Positions 39,855 to 49,206 of a stretch of DNA of 64,000 bases are shown here, piece by piece. The stretch lies in the NCBI GenBank assembly GCA_016204255.1, contig JACQLA010000005.1, positions 68,339-132,338 on the forward strand. Reading direction: 5' to 3'. Origin of the DNA: Candidatus Microgenomates bacterium. Its GTDB lineage: Bacteria; Patescibacteriota; Microgenomatia; JACQLA01. The position numbers were made by a program, and so were the translations under genes. A model generated the notes under the pieces. The model saw only the letters and a list, made by a program, of their open reading frames with translations, had not been told where the DNA came from and did not search any database. Numbering within the stretch: position 1 is the stretch's first letter; each line of letters starts with the position of its first letter.

Positions 39855-40557
39855 TTTACAGAGTTTAGAAAACTTAAAAAGCAGTCTTTTAAAACTTAAA
39901 AATCCGCAAAAAGCCAAGCTTCTTTCCCGATTTTTTAAAACCGGCGATGGAGAATACGGGCAAGGCGATATTTTTCTGGGACTCACCGTTCCGCAACAAC
40001 GCCAAGTCGCCAAAAATCATTCCCATTTAACCCTAAGTGATTTGCAAAATTTACTTTCCTCAAAAATTCATGAGTATCGGCTGAGTGCACTTTTTGTTTT
40101 AATGGCCAAATACAAAAAGGCTGACGAAACAGAAAAAGAAGAAATTTTTACTTTTTATCTTAAAAACACTAAAAATATCAATAATTGGGACTTGATTGAT
40201 CTGTCTGCTCCAACCATAGTGGGGGATTACCTTCTCAATAGGGATAAATCCATTTTATTTAAACTGGCAAAATCCGAAAGTTTATGGGAAAAAAGAATTG
40301 CCATTCTTTCTACTTACACTCTTATCCGCAATAACAACGTTTCTGAAACTTTAAAAATCGCCGAAATTCTTTTAAAAGATAACCACGACTTAATCCATAA
40401 GGCGGTCGGCTGGATGTTAAGAGAAGTGGGAAAAAGAAATCAGAAAGCAGAAGAAAATTTTTTAAAGAAACATTATAAAATTATGCTCCGGACTATGCTG
40501 CGCTACGCCATCGAAAAATTCGGTGCTGAAAAAAGAAAATTTTATTTAGGAAAATAA
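39844..40557 (+). CDS. DNA alkylation repair protein (AlkD-like)
   Basis: FFKTG.GEYG.GD.FLG..VP, NNWDLID, LWEKRIAI, DLIHKAVGWMLREVGK, RTMLRYAIEKF. Confidence 0.9.
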   Translation: MKNNLQSLENLKSSLLKLKNPQKAKLLSRFFKTGDGEYGQGDIFLGLTVPQQRQVAKNHSHLTLSDLQNLLSSKIHEYRLSALFVLMAKYKKADETEKEEIFTFYLKNTKNINNWDLIDLSAPTIVGDYLLNRDKSILFKLAKSESLWEKRIAILSTYTLIRNNNVSETLKIAEILLKDNHDLIHKAVGWMLREVGKRNQKAEENFLKKHYKIMLRTMLRYAIEKFGAEKRKFYLGK

Positions 40558-40583
40558 ATCATTCAAAATTTACTTAAGGTAAA

Positions 40584-41747
40584 CTAGTCAAATCTGAGAG
40601 CGGAGAGCATCTGGTTAAAAGTTTGAACAAGGTTTTGTTTTATGGAGCTTTCATTGTCAACATAAAGAGAAATTATGTAAGACAAGTCGTTTTTGTTGAA
40701 AAATATCTTATGGGTATAAAGTTTAATCCCATTCGTTCTATCATCTTCCACCCACTCAATTTTATTAGCCTTCACTCTTCCTAAATTGATTTCAGCTGCG
40801 CGACTACCCGCACGGCTTTCCGCATTGCTAATTAGCACATCAAGTGGGGTGGATCTGACTGCAATATCAATCACGCCTTTACCAATAAAATTTTTCGCCT
40901 CTGGACGAGAAATAGAACGAGAAGAGAGCAGTTCGGAGTCGGGCGCCTGTAACTCTGAACTTAGAAGCATATCAGAAGGGTAACTTACCTTAAATCCATA
41001 TTTTTCATTTTTATAAATTTTCCAGCCAGTAGTGTTGCCAGCTTGGTTTTGATCCAAAAATTTGAAGGTAGAGAGGATTTGATCAACACCTGTTATGTAT
41101 GAACCACTATACTGTTTTATTGTTGGCCACCTAACTATGTAAAAATAGTTTCCTTGCAAAGCAATAAAGGTCGTTATTGATTCAAATGCGTCGAAATCAA
41201 ATTGTATGCCAGTTAAGGACCCATAGGTTTTTGCCACCCTATTTGCCACTGACGTTGAGGGTTGTATTGTGGCTTCAATCGATTTGATATAGTCGTCTAT
41301 TGTATTTATTGTTCCCACGCTCGTATCTCCTTTAGACATTCTTGCAATGGTAATAGAAAAACCTGACCTGGTGTCAGAACCTTGCTTATAATCGGGAGCC
41401 GTAATAAAGACACAGGAATCATTTGAATCCTGGATAAAATATTTCTGCGCGTTCCATTCCTGTGGATATTTTACTGAAAAACTACAAGATGATATATATG
41501 TTTTCCAATTATTAGTAGTTGGGTCTGCGGACTGGGTAATTGACGGTTCGGGGGCAAGGATTGGAAAAGGAGAGGGGCCCTTGAATGCTTGTTTTTGGGA
41601 ATATTGCCAGCCGGCGTAAAAAATACTTGTGGCAAGTAGTGCTCCGATAACTAAGAAGCCAGTCATCCAAAATTTTCTGAAAGGAACCACTATCGGTCTT
41701 TCCGCCGAATCCGACTGAATTTTCTGATCTGAATTATCTTCTTCCAT
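40584..41747 (-). CDS. Membrane-anchored protein with two PsbP-like domains
   Basis: TM; WKTY...SFSVKYPQEW...DQILSTFKF and WKIYKNEKYGFKVSYP...FNQMLSALRF. Confidence 0.6.
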   Translation of the reverse strand: MEEDNSDQKIQSDSAERPIVVPFRKFWMTGFLVIGALLATSIFYAGWQYSQKQAFKGPSPFPILAPEPSITQSADPTTNNWKTYISSCSFSVKYPQEWNAQKYFIQDSNDSCVFITAPDYKQGSDTRSGFSITIARMSKGDTSVGTINTIDDYIKSIEATIQPSTSVANRVAKTYGSLTGIQFDFDAFESITTFIALQGNYFYIVRWPTIKQYSGSYITGVDQILSTFKFLDQNQAGNTTGWKIYKNEKYGFKVSYPSDMLLSSELQAPDSELLSSRSISRPEAKNFIGKGVIDIAVRSTPLDVLISNAESRAGSRAAEINLGRVKANKIEWVEDDRTNGIKLYTHKIFFNKNDLSYIISLYVDNESSIKQNLVQTFNQMLSALRFD

Positions 41748-41789
41748 TCCTATAGTTTAAATCTATCTTCGGAAAGTTGTCAAATTAAT

Positions 41790-41815
41790 GTCATTTCGAA
41801 TGGAATGAGAAATCT
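41790..41815. repeat. Partial (left-arm) GTCATT-family repeat
   Basis: GTCATTTCGAATGGAATGAGAAATCT, nearly identical to 43093-43118. Confidence 0.7.
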
Positions 41816-41851
41816 AAAAAGGGCGCATCTAAACGATGCCTAAATGCGTCT

Positions 41852-41956
41852 GTCATTGCGAGGAATCTCGCCAGAGGCGGATGACGAAGCAATCTAGATC
41901 GGGTAGATTCCTATATCAAGATTGCCAACGCCTCATTTTATTCGGCTCGCAATGAC
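41852..41956. repeat. GTCATTGCGAG...CTCGCAATGAC palindromic repeat (RPE-like)
   Basis: 11-bp terminal inverted repeat with inner GCAATCT/AGATTGC. Confidence 0.85.
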
Positions 41957-42005
41957 GTAAAGGAGCAAACTATAGGGACTCAAAAGATAATACTGGATTG
42001 GGGGA

Positions 42006-43022
42006 TTAATCTTTCACTGTTTCCAGTTGGCTGATTTCCTCGTCGGCGACACTTTCGCCTAAAGATTGTGTGGAGGTGAGTTTTTGGCCAAGCATGGTAA
42101 AACCAGAGGCAACATTACTCATCTGATTATAGGCATTTTGGATATGACGTCCCAAAACCCCCAAATTTTCATCGACCTTATTGTAATCTTTTTGAATCGC
42201 GCGGATAGCAGCCAAAATTGCTCTTGCCCGGGACTCGATTTTTTGCCCCTCAAATGACATTAAAATTGCCTTCATATAGGCGTAAAAGGTCATCGGCGAA
42301 ACCGGCAAAACTCCTTTTTTCCCGGCGTAATCAAAAAGATCAGCATTGTTGATTATTTCGTAATAAATAGTTTCAGAGGGGATATACATTAGAGCATAAT
42401 CAATTGTTCCTTCTTCAGTTAAAATATATTTTTTAGAAATATCATCAACGTGTTTTTTGACATCACGGACAAATTCTTTTTCCACGATCTTTTTCTCGGC
42501 CTCGTCTTCAGCGGAGGCCATTTTGCGAAAATTTTCCATAGGGAATTTGGAGTCAACGGGGATAATGCCCGCGGCAGTTTTAATCGCTGCATCCACCATC
42601 GCTCCGGATTTAAAACTGTATTGTAAATGAAAAGACTGTTTAGGCAGCATTTGCCCCAAAAGCTCTTTTAAAACCTGCTCGCCGATGTTTCCCCGCAGTT
42701 TGGGGGAGCGCAAAAATTCCTGGATATCTTTCATTCCCCGGCCGATCTCCGACATCTCGCCGATATTTTTTTGGACCTGGGAAATAACCCGGGCGGCATT
42801 ATCGAGTCTTTCGTTTAAGGATTTTGTCGAAAGAGCAATGCTTTGGGAAAAAACTTTATTTTGATCGTCCATTCGCGCAGAGGTGGATTTAAGCCATTCT
42901 AAAAGTTCTTCGTTGGGACCATTTTTTTCACCAATTTGGGAGATTTTTTTATTTAACCAGAAGGCTAATCCCGCAAAGGTTAAAAGGACTAAAGCCAAAA
43001 GGAGATAGATTTCATTTCCCAT
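42006..43022 (-). CDS. rmuC: DNA recombination protein RmuC
   Basis: N-terminal TM, PKLRGNIGE..L, VDAAI, IPVDSKFP, KKYI...GT.DYALMYIPSE. Confidence 0.9.
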   Translation of the reverse strand: MGNEIYLLLALVLLTFAGLAFWLNKKISQIGEKNGPNEELLEWLKSTSARMDDQNKVFSQSIALSTKSLNERLDNAARVISQVQKNIGEMSEIGRGMKDIQEFLRSPKLRGNIGEQVLKELLGQMLPKQSFHLQYSFKSGAMVDAAIKTAAGIIPVDSKFPMENFRKMASAEDEAEKKIVEKEFVRDVKKHVDDISKKYILTEEGTIDYALMYIPSETIYYEIINNADLFDYAGKKGVLPVSPMTFYAYMKAILMSFEGQKIESRARAILAAIRAIQKDYNKVDENLGVLGRHIQNAYNQMSNVASGFTMLGQKLTSTQSLGESVADEEISQLETVKD

Positions 43023-43092
43023 AAATTTAAGGACTTTGGAAGTTTTTGTATTTTATCATTTTTTAACATAAAATTAAATTACAACTAATTCT

Positions 43093-43220
43093 GTCATTCC
43101 GAATGAAATGAGAAATCCCGCCTTGTTGCGAGGCAGGTAGGCGCGAAGTGCCTCAATTCACGCTTCGCTAGATTTCTCGCTGGAGTTTACACTGAGCGTG
43201 ACGAATGTGCTCGAAATGAC
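43093..43220. repeat. Composite GTCATT-family palindromic repeat
   Basis: GTCATTCCGA...GAGAAATC...GATTTCTC...TCGAAATGAC with nested hairpins CCCGCCTTG/CGAGGCAGG and GCGAAG/CTTCGC. Confidence 0.8.
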
Positions 43221-43243
43221 GATGGATTATTTACAATTAAACT

Positions 43244-43594
43244 ATGCGGCGGCGACAGAAACTGGGTCCTAAAATTTTTTTCGCTCTTCTTTTTTGGTTA
43301 GGCTGGGTTTATCTTGTTTTAAGAATTCCTCCTGATAAATTTTACCTTTTAGTTTTGTTTTTCTTTCTTTTTTTTATAGCTTCGGGGTTAACTTTTTCCT
43401 TGATTTTAAAAAACCGGCTTTATGGTTTTTTGTTTGCTGCAATAATCACTGTCTTTTTGCTTTTACGGATTTTAAAAATGGCCAATATTTTAAATCTTGT
43501 CCTACTTTCATCTTTGGGTTTAACCTTGATACTCTTTTTTTGGTCACCCAGGCACAAAAGAAAGTTACCGCCACAAAATTTTCCCCAGCCTTGA
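43244..43594 (+). CDS. Small membrane protein (about four TMs)
   Basis: Hydrophobic helices; ATG start. Confidence 0.6.
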   Translation: MRRRQKLGPKIFFALLFWLGWVYLVLRIPPDKFYLLVLFFFLFFIASGLTFSLILKNRLYGFLFAAIITVFLLLRILKMANILNLVLLSSLGLTLILFFWSPRHKRKLPPQNFPQP

Positions 43595-43617
43595 GTTTGT
43601 GCTAGAATAGGCTGCAT

Positions 43618-45036
43618 ATGACTAATAAATTCTATTTGACCACCGCCATTCCGTATGTGAATGCCAAACCCCATATCGGGCATGCCCTGGAATTTATCCA
43701 GGCCGACTGCGTAGCACGCTATCATAAACTTTTAGGCGAGGATACGCTGCTGCTTTCCGGCGCCGATGAAAACAGTTTAAAAAATGTCCAGGCCGCCGAA
43801 GATCGGGGAGTGCCGGTTAAACAGCTTTGTGACGAAAATTCCAAGGCTTTTTCCGATTTATTGGAAAAATTAAACGTTTCCGTCAACATCTTTCAACGAG
43901 CCAGCGAAAAAAAACATTTTGAAAGCAGTCAGAAACTTTGGCAAAGGTGCCAAAAAAATGGGGATATTTATAAAAAATCTTACGAGGGTCTTTATTGTAT
44001 TGGCTGTGAAGCATTTTACACCGAAGATGAATTGGAAAATGGCCTTTGCCCCGAACATAAAACCAGACCGGAAAAAATCAGCGAAGAAAATTATTTTTTT
44101 AGACTCTCCAAATATCAAAAGCAGATCGAAGAGTTGATTGAAGGCGATGAGTTAAAACTTATTCCCGCAACCAGAAAAAACGAGGCTCTCGGTTTTATTC
44201 GGGGAGGACTTGAAGATTTTAGCATTTCCCGCTCGCAAAAAAGAGCCCGCGGCTGGGGCGTTCCGGTCCCAAACGATTCTAACCAGATTATGTATGTTTG
44301 GTTTGACGCTTTAAATATTTATCAAAGCGGTGTCGGTTTTGGCTGGGATGAAAAAAGTTATCAACAATGGTGGCCGGCAGATTTACATATTATCGGCAAA
44401 GGAATTTTAAGGTTCCATGCGGTTTATTGGCCAGCAATTTTACTTTCCGCCGGACTTCCTTTACCCAAATCGATTTTTGTCCACGGTTATATAACTGCCG
44501 GCGGACAAAAAATTTCAAAATCTTTAGGAAATGTTATTGACCCGATTGAAATGATTGAAAAGTATGGTGTTGATTCATTGCGTTATTACCTTCTACGCGA
44601 GATACCAGCCTATAGTGATGGCGATTTTTCAGAAAGAAGATTTAAAGAAATTTATAACGCTGATCTGGCTAACGGATTAGGCAATTTAGTCGCCCGAACT
44701 GTAAAACTTTGCGAAAAGATCGATACTGAATTCAAACCTCTAAAGGCGGCTCTTTCAGAAGATTATAAAAATGATTTAGGTTCTTTTTGCTTCGATGAAG
44801 CTTTGGCCACAATCTGGGACGAAATAAGAAGCCTAGATCGGTATTTAGAAAAAGAAAAACCCTGGCTGATTAGTGATATTTCAAAGCTCTTTCCGATTCT
44901 TGAATTTACTGTGGGACGAATTCTACAAATTGCCTATGAACTTCAGCCATTTCTTCCTGAAACAGCAGAAAAAATTCAAAAACAATTTGCCGGGCCACAA
45001 ATTAAATCCGGACCGCCGTTATTTCCTCGATTGTAA
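43618..45036 (+). CDS. metG: Methionine--tRNA ligase (short form)
   Basis: YLTTAIPYVNAKPHIGH, YVWFDAL, GKGILRFH, KISKS. Confidence 0.97.
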   Translation: MTNKFYLTTAIPYVNAKPHIGHALEFIQADCVARYHKLLGEDTLLLSGADENSLKNVQAAEDRGVPVKQLCDENSKAFSDLLEKLNVSVNIFQRASEKKHFESSQKLWQRCQKNGDIYKKSYEGLYCIGCEAFYTEDELENGLCPEHKTRPEKISEENYFFRLSKYQKQIEELIEGDELKLIPATRKNEALGFIRGGLEDFSISRSQKRARGWGVPVPNDSNQIMYVWFDALNIYQSGVGFGWDEKSYQQWWPADLHIIGKGILRFHAVYWPAILLSAGLPLPKSIFVHGYITAGGQKISKSLGNVIDPIEMIEKYGVDSLRYYLLREIPAYSDGDFSERRFKEIYNADLANGLGNLVARTVKLCEKIDTEFKPLKAALSEDYKNDLGSFCFDEALATIWDEIRSLDRYLEKEKPWLISDISKLFPILEFTVGRILQIAYELQPFLPETAEKIQKQFAGPQIKSGPPLFPRL

Positions 45037-45066
45037 GCATTAAATCATAAATAATAGATAATCTTT

Positions 45067-45870
45067 ATGCTAATTGATACTCACGCTCACCTAAATTTCC
45101 AGGCCTTTACCGCTGACTTCCCCGAGGTTTTAAAGCGGGCCAAGGAAGAAGGCGTGGAAAAAATAATCAACGTTGGCGCCAGTTTGGATTCAAGCCAAAA
45201 AGCCGTTGAAATATCTCAAAAATATGAAGGACTTTATGCTTCGGTCGGAATTCACCCCCATCACGCCGAAGAAACACTAAAGAACTTCGGTACTAAGGAA
45301 CTTAAGAATAAATTAGACAAATTAGCCCAAAATCCTAAAGTTGTAGCAATCGGCGAAGGCGGCTTAGATTACCACATGTATAAAAACGGCGGTATCGCCA
45401 ACCCGGAAAAACAAAAAAAACTTTTTCTGGTTCACCTTGATTTAGCACAAAAATTAAATTTGCCGCTCATCTTCCATTGTCGAGACGCCCATGATGATAT
45501 GCTAAAAACTCTTAAACTATACACTATACACTCTACCCCATATGCCATCCAAGGAGTTTTTCATTGTTTTTCCGGTGATCAGGATTTTTTGGAAAGTGTT
45601 TTAGAGATGGGTTTTTATGTCGGCTTTGACGGCAATATTACTTACAAGAGCGCCCAATGCTTGCGCGATTTGGTCTCTTCTACCCCCATTGACCGTCTGC
45701 TTCTAGAGACAGACTGTCCCTATCTGCCGCCTGAACCCTTCCGTGGTTTGCGCAACGAACCTAAAAATGTTAAGATTGTGGCTGGGGCAGTGGCTGAAAT
45801 TAAAGGACTGCCCTCTAAAGTTGTGGCAGAAAAAACCAGCGAAAACGCCCATAGACTCTTTAAGATATGA
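45067..45870 (+). CDS. tatD: TatD-family nuclease
   Basis: IDTHAHL, GIHPH, AIGEGGLDY, HCRDA, HCFSG, LETDCPYL. Confidence 0.93.
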   Translation: MLIDTHAHLNFQAFTADFPEVLKRAKEEGVEKIINVGASLDSSQKAVEISQKYEGLYASVGIHPHHAEETLKNFGTKELKNKLDKLAQNPKVVAIGEGGLDYHMYKNGGIANPEKQKKLFLVHLDLAQKLNLPLIFHCRDAHDDMLKTLKLYTIHSTPYAIQGVFHCFSGDQDFLESVLEMGFYVGFDGNITYKSAQCLRDLVSSTPIDRLLLETDCPYLPPEPFRGLRNEPKNVKIVAGAVAEIKGLPSKVVAEKTSENAHRLFKI

Positions 45871-47360
45871 AATTTTTTGATCGTCTTTTTAAACGCTATC
45901 CGATTAAAACCATGCGTGCTCTGGAAATTATGCCGGGCCTACTTTCCTGGTCGTTGATCCTATTCCCCTTTTGGGGCTCGCTTCTGGTTCCTATTGCAAT
46001 TGCCTACTTTCTGATTTTCTACAACATATTTTGGTTTTATAAATCTTTCTATATGGCTGCAACGGCCATTTTGGCTCACCGAAAGATTGAAGAATCACAA
46101 AAAATTAACTGGCTGGAAAAAGCGAACAAGTTGGCGAATTTTGAAAAAGTCAGACATCTTATAATCATCCCTAACTATAAGGAGAAGGTAGAAAAATTAA
46201 GAGACACCATTCAATCGCTGGTTGATCAAAACTATCCTAAAGAAAATATGGTTATTGTTTTGGCTATGGAAATACGGGAAGCTGGAGCTCAGGAAAAAGT
46301 TAAAGTTTTAGAGCATGAGTTCGGAAAAAAATTTGGTCATTTTTATGCAACTTTTCACCCGGCTATTGCCGGAGAAGTGGCCGGAAAATCCTCAAATGAA
46401 GCCTGGGCAGGCATTTGGGCGAAGAAAAAACTTGTCGATGAGTTAGGATACGATTTGGATTACATAACCGTCTCCTCAGTAGATGCCGATTCAATATTCC
46501 ATCCACAATATTTTGCTTATTTGTCTTTTGAATTCTTAAAAGCGGGTGAAAAACGCTATCTTCATTTTTGGCAATCGGCTAATGTTTTACACAATAATAT
46601 CTGGCGCGTCCCCGCCCCAATCAGAACTTCCTCAATTATTTCTTCCGTTTGGCGAACCAGTGTCCTATTGAGACACGATCGTCTAATTCCCAACTCTACC
46701 TACTCCCTAAGTCTTAAAATGCTTGATAAAGTTGGTTATTGGGATATTGATGTTATTCCTGAGGACTACCGAATTTTCTTCAAGGCTTTTTACAAACTCG
46801 AGGGAAAAGTCGAAACCAGACCCATTTTTTTAACCACTTCTATGGACGCAGCCGAATCAACAACATACTGGAAAAGCTTGCTTAATAAATATGAACAAGA
46901 AAAACGCTGGGCCTGGGGCGTTTCTGATGACCCTCTTTTTATTAAATGGTGGCTAACCGTTCCCAACGTATCCTTTTGGGATAAAACTGTTCATCTGATT
47001 AAAATTTTGGAGGATCATATTCTTTGGCCGGTTAACTGGTTTGCAATCACCATTGGCGCCAATATAATTCCTTTCTTAAATCCCCAATTCAGTCGAACGG
47101 TTCTTGGTTACAATTTACCAAGATTTTCCTCCTTTATCTTAACGACCTGTGTTTTGGCCCTGGCCGTAATTTTAGTTATCGACTTGCGTCAAAGACCCAA
47201 GTCGCAACAGTCCCCAATCCAACGAAAATTACTCACTGTTTTGGAATTTATTTTAATGCCCTTCACCTCTTTTTTTCTTTGGGCCCTGCCTGGAATTATT
47301 GCTCATACACAACTCATGCTTGGGAAAAGATTGGAATATAAGGTTACTGAAAAAGTTTAG
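45867..47360 (+). CDS. Membrane glycosyltransferase family 2
   Basis: IIPNYKE, GKSSN, DADS, VIPED, QEKRW (QxxRW-like), flanking TMs. Confidence 0.85.
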   Translation: MKFFDRLFKRYPIKTMRALEIMPGLLSWSLILFPFWGSLLVPIAIAYFLIFYNIFWFYKSFYMAATAILAHRKIEESQKINWLEKANKLANFEKVRHLIIIPNYKEKVEKLRDTIQSLVDQNYPKENMVIVLAMEIREAGAQEKVKVLEHEFGKKFGHFYATFHPAIAGEVAGKSSNEAWAGIWAKKKLVDELGYDLDYITVSSVDADSIFHPQYFAYLSFEFLKAGEKRYLHFWQSANVLHNNIWRVPAPIRTSSIISSVWRTSVLLRHDRLIPNSTYSLSLKMLDKVGYWDIDVIPEDYRIFFKAFYKLEGKVETRPIFLTTSMDAAESTTYWKSLLNKYEQEKRWAWGVSDDPLFIKWWLTVPNVSFWDKTVHLIKILEDHILWPVNWFAITIGANIIPFLNPQFSRTVLGYNLPRFSSFILTTCVLALAVILVIDLRQRPKSQQSPIQRKLLTVLEFILMPFTSFFLWALPGIIAHTQLMLGKRLEYKVTEKV

Positions 47361-47371
47361 AAGCTACTTCC

Positions 47372-48865
47372 ATGTTAGAAAAAATAGAAAAACATCTAGA
47401 TTTAGGTTTTCTCTTAGCTTTATCTTTTTTTCTCAGACTCCCCTCTCTTTTTGAACCCTACCATTATGGAGATGAAGGAATTTATGAAGTTCTAGGGCAG
47501 GCAGTTTCTCAAGGAGGCTTACTCTATCGCGACGCTTGGGATAATAAACCACCGTTTCTTTACTTAATTTACGCCGTTTTTAGCGGCGATCTCTTTTGGG
47601 TCAAGTTTCTCTCTTTAGTTTTCTGTCTTTTAACCATTACTGTCTTTTATCTTTTGGCAAGGAAAATATTTACATCTGGCCGACTAGCCTTACTCTCAAC
47701 CCTAATCTTTACACTACTTTTCTCTCTCCCCTTTCTTGAGGGTAATATTGCCAATGCAGAAAACTTTATGTTACTACCGATCATTTTTGCCTTTTATCTT
47801 GTATTTCGCTATTTTCCCAAAAGTAACAGATTTCATTTTTTAAGCGCTGGTTTTTTACTCGGCTTAGCTTTTCTTCTTAAAATCGTTGCCATTTTTGACT
47901 TTGCCGCGCTTGGCGTTTTTCTTCTGATTGGACTTTGGGATAAAATATTCCCTCCTTTAAAGTCAAATAAAATCTTTAAAAAACTTTTAAATTTCAAGCC
48001 AGAAATGGTCTTTCCTTTACTTTTTCTTTTCGGAGGTTTTATCCTACCAATTATCGCAACCTTCATGTTTTTCTTCTTTCAAGGATCTTTTAAAGATTTT
48101 CTCACCGCCGCTTTTTCCCAAAATGCAAATTATGTCGCCGCGGGCAACCAGTTATTTATCCCTCAGGGCTGGTTGCTTTTTAAGCTTTTGTTGCTTGCAA
48201 TTTTTTGTCTCTTTCTTCTGCTTAAACGCGGATCTTTTACAAAGGGACAGCTTTTAATCTTTCTTTGGTTTGGTTTTTCTGTATTCAACGCTCTTTTTGC
48301 CGAAAGACCGTGGATTCACTATCTTCTGGTTTTAATCCCGGCGCTTTCTTTACTTTTACTCTTTCCTTTCCAAGAAAAAAAATGGAGGAGATTTACTTTA
48401 GCTATTATTATTTTTACTTTTTATCTTATTGGGTCTCGCTTTTGGCTCTATGGAAAAACATTTACCTACTACGAAAATTTCTTTTCCTTGATAGCCGGAA
48501 AAAAATCGGTTGAAGACTATTATTCTTTTTGGGGGAATCACGTTAATCGCGATTATCAGGTGGCGCAATTTTTAATGGCTAAAAATGGAGGCTCTGATCC
48601 GATTTTTATTTGGGGAGATAATGCTCAAATTTATGCCTTAGCCAAAAAGCCAGTAGTCGGTCGTTACTCGGTCGCCTATCATATTACTTTCTATCCTCAG
48701 GCCTACCAAGAAACAATAGAAGCCTTGAGTCAAAAACAACCCAGATATATTATTATTCTTTTACCACAAACGGCTCCTTTAAAAGATATCGGGGTCTTCA
48801 TAAGCCAGCACTATCGTCTTCTTTTCCAAACTGAAGGTTTTATTGTTTATGAAAAACAGCTTTAA
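47372..48865 (+). CDS. GT-C fold (ArnT/PMT-like) polytopic glycosyltransferase
   Basis: YGDEGIY, LYRDAWDNKPP, NAENF, many TMs. Confidence 0.8.
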   Translation: MLEKIEKHLDLGFLLALSFFLRLPSLFEPYHYGDEGIYEVLGQAVSQGGLLYRDAWDNKPPFLYLIYAVFSGDLFWVKFLSLVFCLLTITVFYLLARKIFTSGRLALLSTLIFTLLFSLPFLEGNIANAENFMLLPIIFAFYLVFRYFPKSNRFHFLSAGFLLGLAFLLKIVAIFDFAALGVFLLIGLWDKIFPPLKSNKIFKKLLNFKPEMVFPLLFLFGGFILPIIATFMFFFFQGSFKDFLTAAFSQNANYVAAGNQLFIPQGWLLFKLLLLAIFCLFLLLKRGSFTKGQLLIFLWFGFSVFNALFAERPWIHYLLVLIPALSLLLLFPFQEKKWRRFTLAIIIFTFYLIGSRFWLYGKTFTYYENFFSLIAGKKSVEDYYSFWGNHVNRDYQVAQFLMAKNGGSDPIFIWGDNAQIYALAKKPVVGRYSVAYHITFYPQAYQETIEALSQKQPRYIIILLPQTAPLKDIGVFISQHYRLLFQTEGFIVYEKQL

Positions 48866-49202
48866 AAAAATTCTTAATAACCCTCCCTATCTTTGGGGAA
48901 TCGTTTTTACGGTGGTTGTTATTCTTTTCTCTGTTTTTCTTTTAGTCTTAAATTGGCAGAATCTTCCTCCACAAGTTCCTATTTTTTATAATCGCCTTTG
49001 GGGGGAAGACCAACTGGGAAAACGGGAAGAACTTTTACTGCTTCCATCAATCGCTTTTGTATTTTTCATAATCAATATCCTTCTGGCAACAAAAATTTAT
49101 TTAAAAGAGGGTCTAATTTCTTTAATTTTGATTTGGACTGCTTCCTTCTTAGCATTTGCCGGGATCTTCACTTTACTGCAAATTATAAGGATTGTTGGTT
49201 AA
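48849..49202 (+). CDS. Small membrane protein (DUF1648-like)
   Basis: LPPQVPIFY...WG..QL motif between TMs. Confidence 0.55.
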   Translation: MKNSFKKILNNPPYLWGIVFTVVVILFSVFLLVLNWQNLPPQVPIFYNRLWGEDQLGKREELLLLPSIAFVFFIINILLATKIYLKEGLISLILIWTASFLAFAGIFTLLQIIRIVG

Positions 49203-49206
49203 ATTT

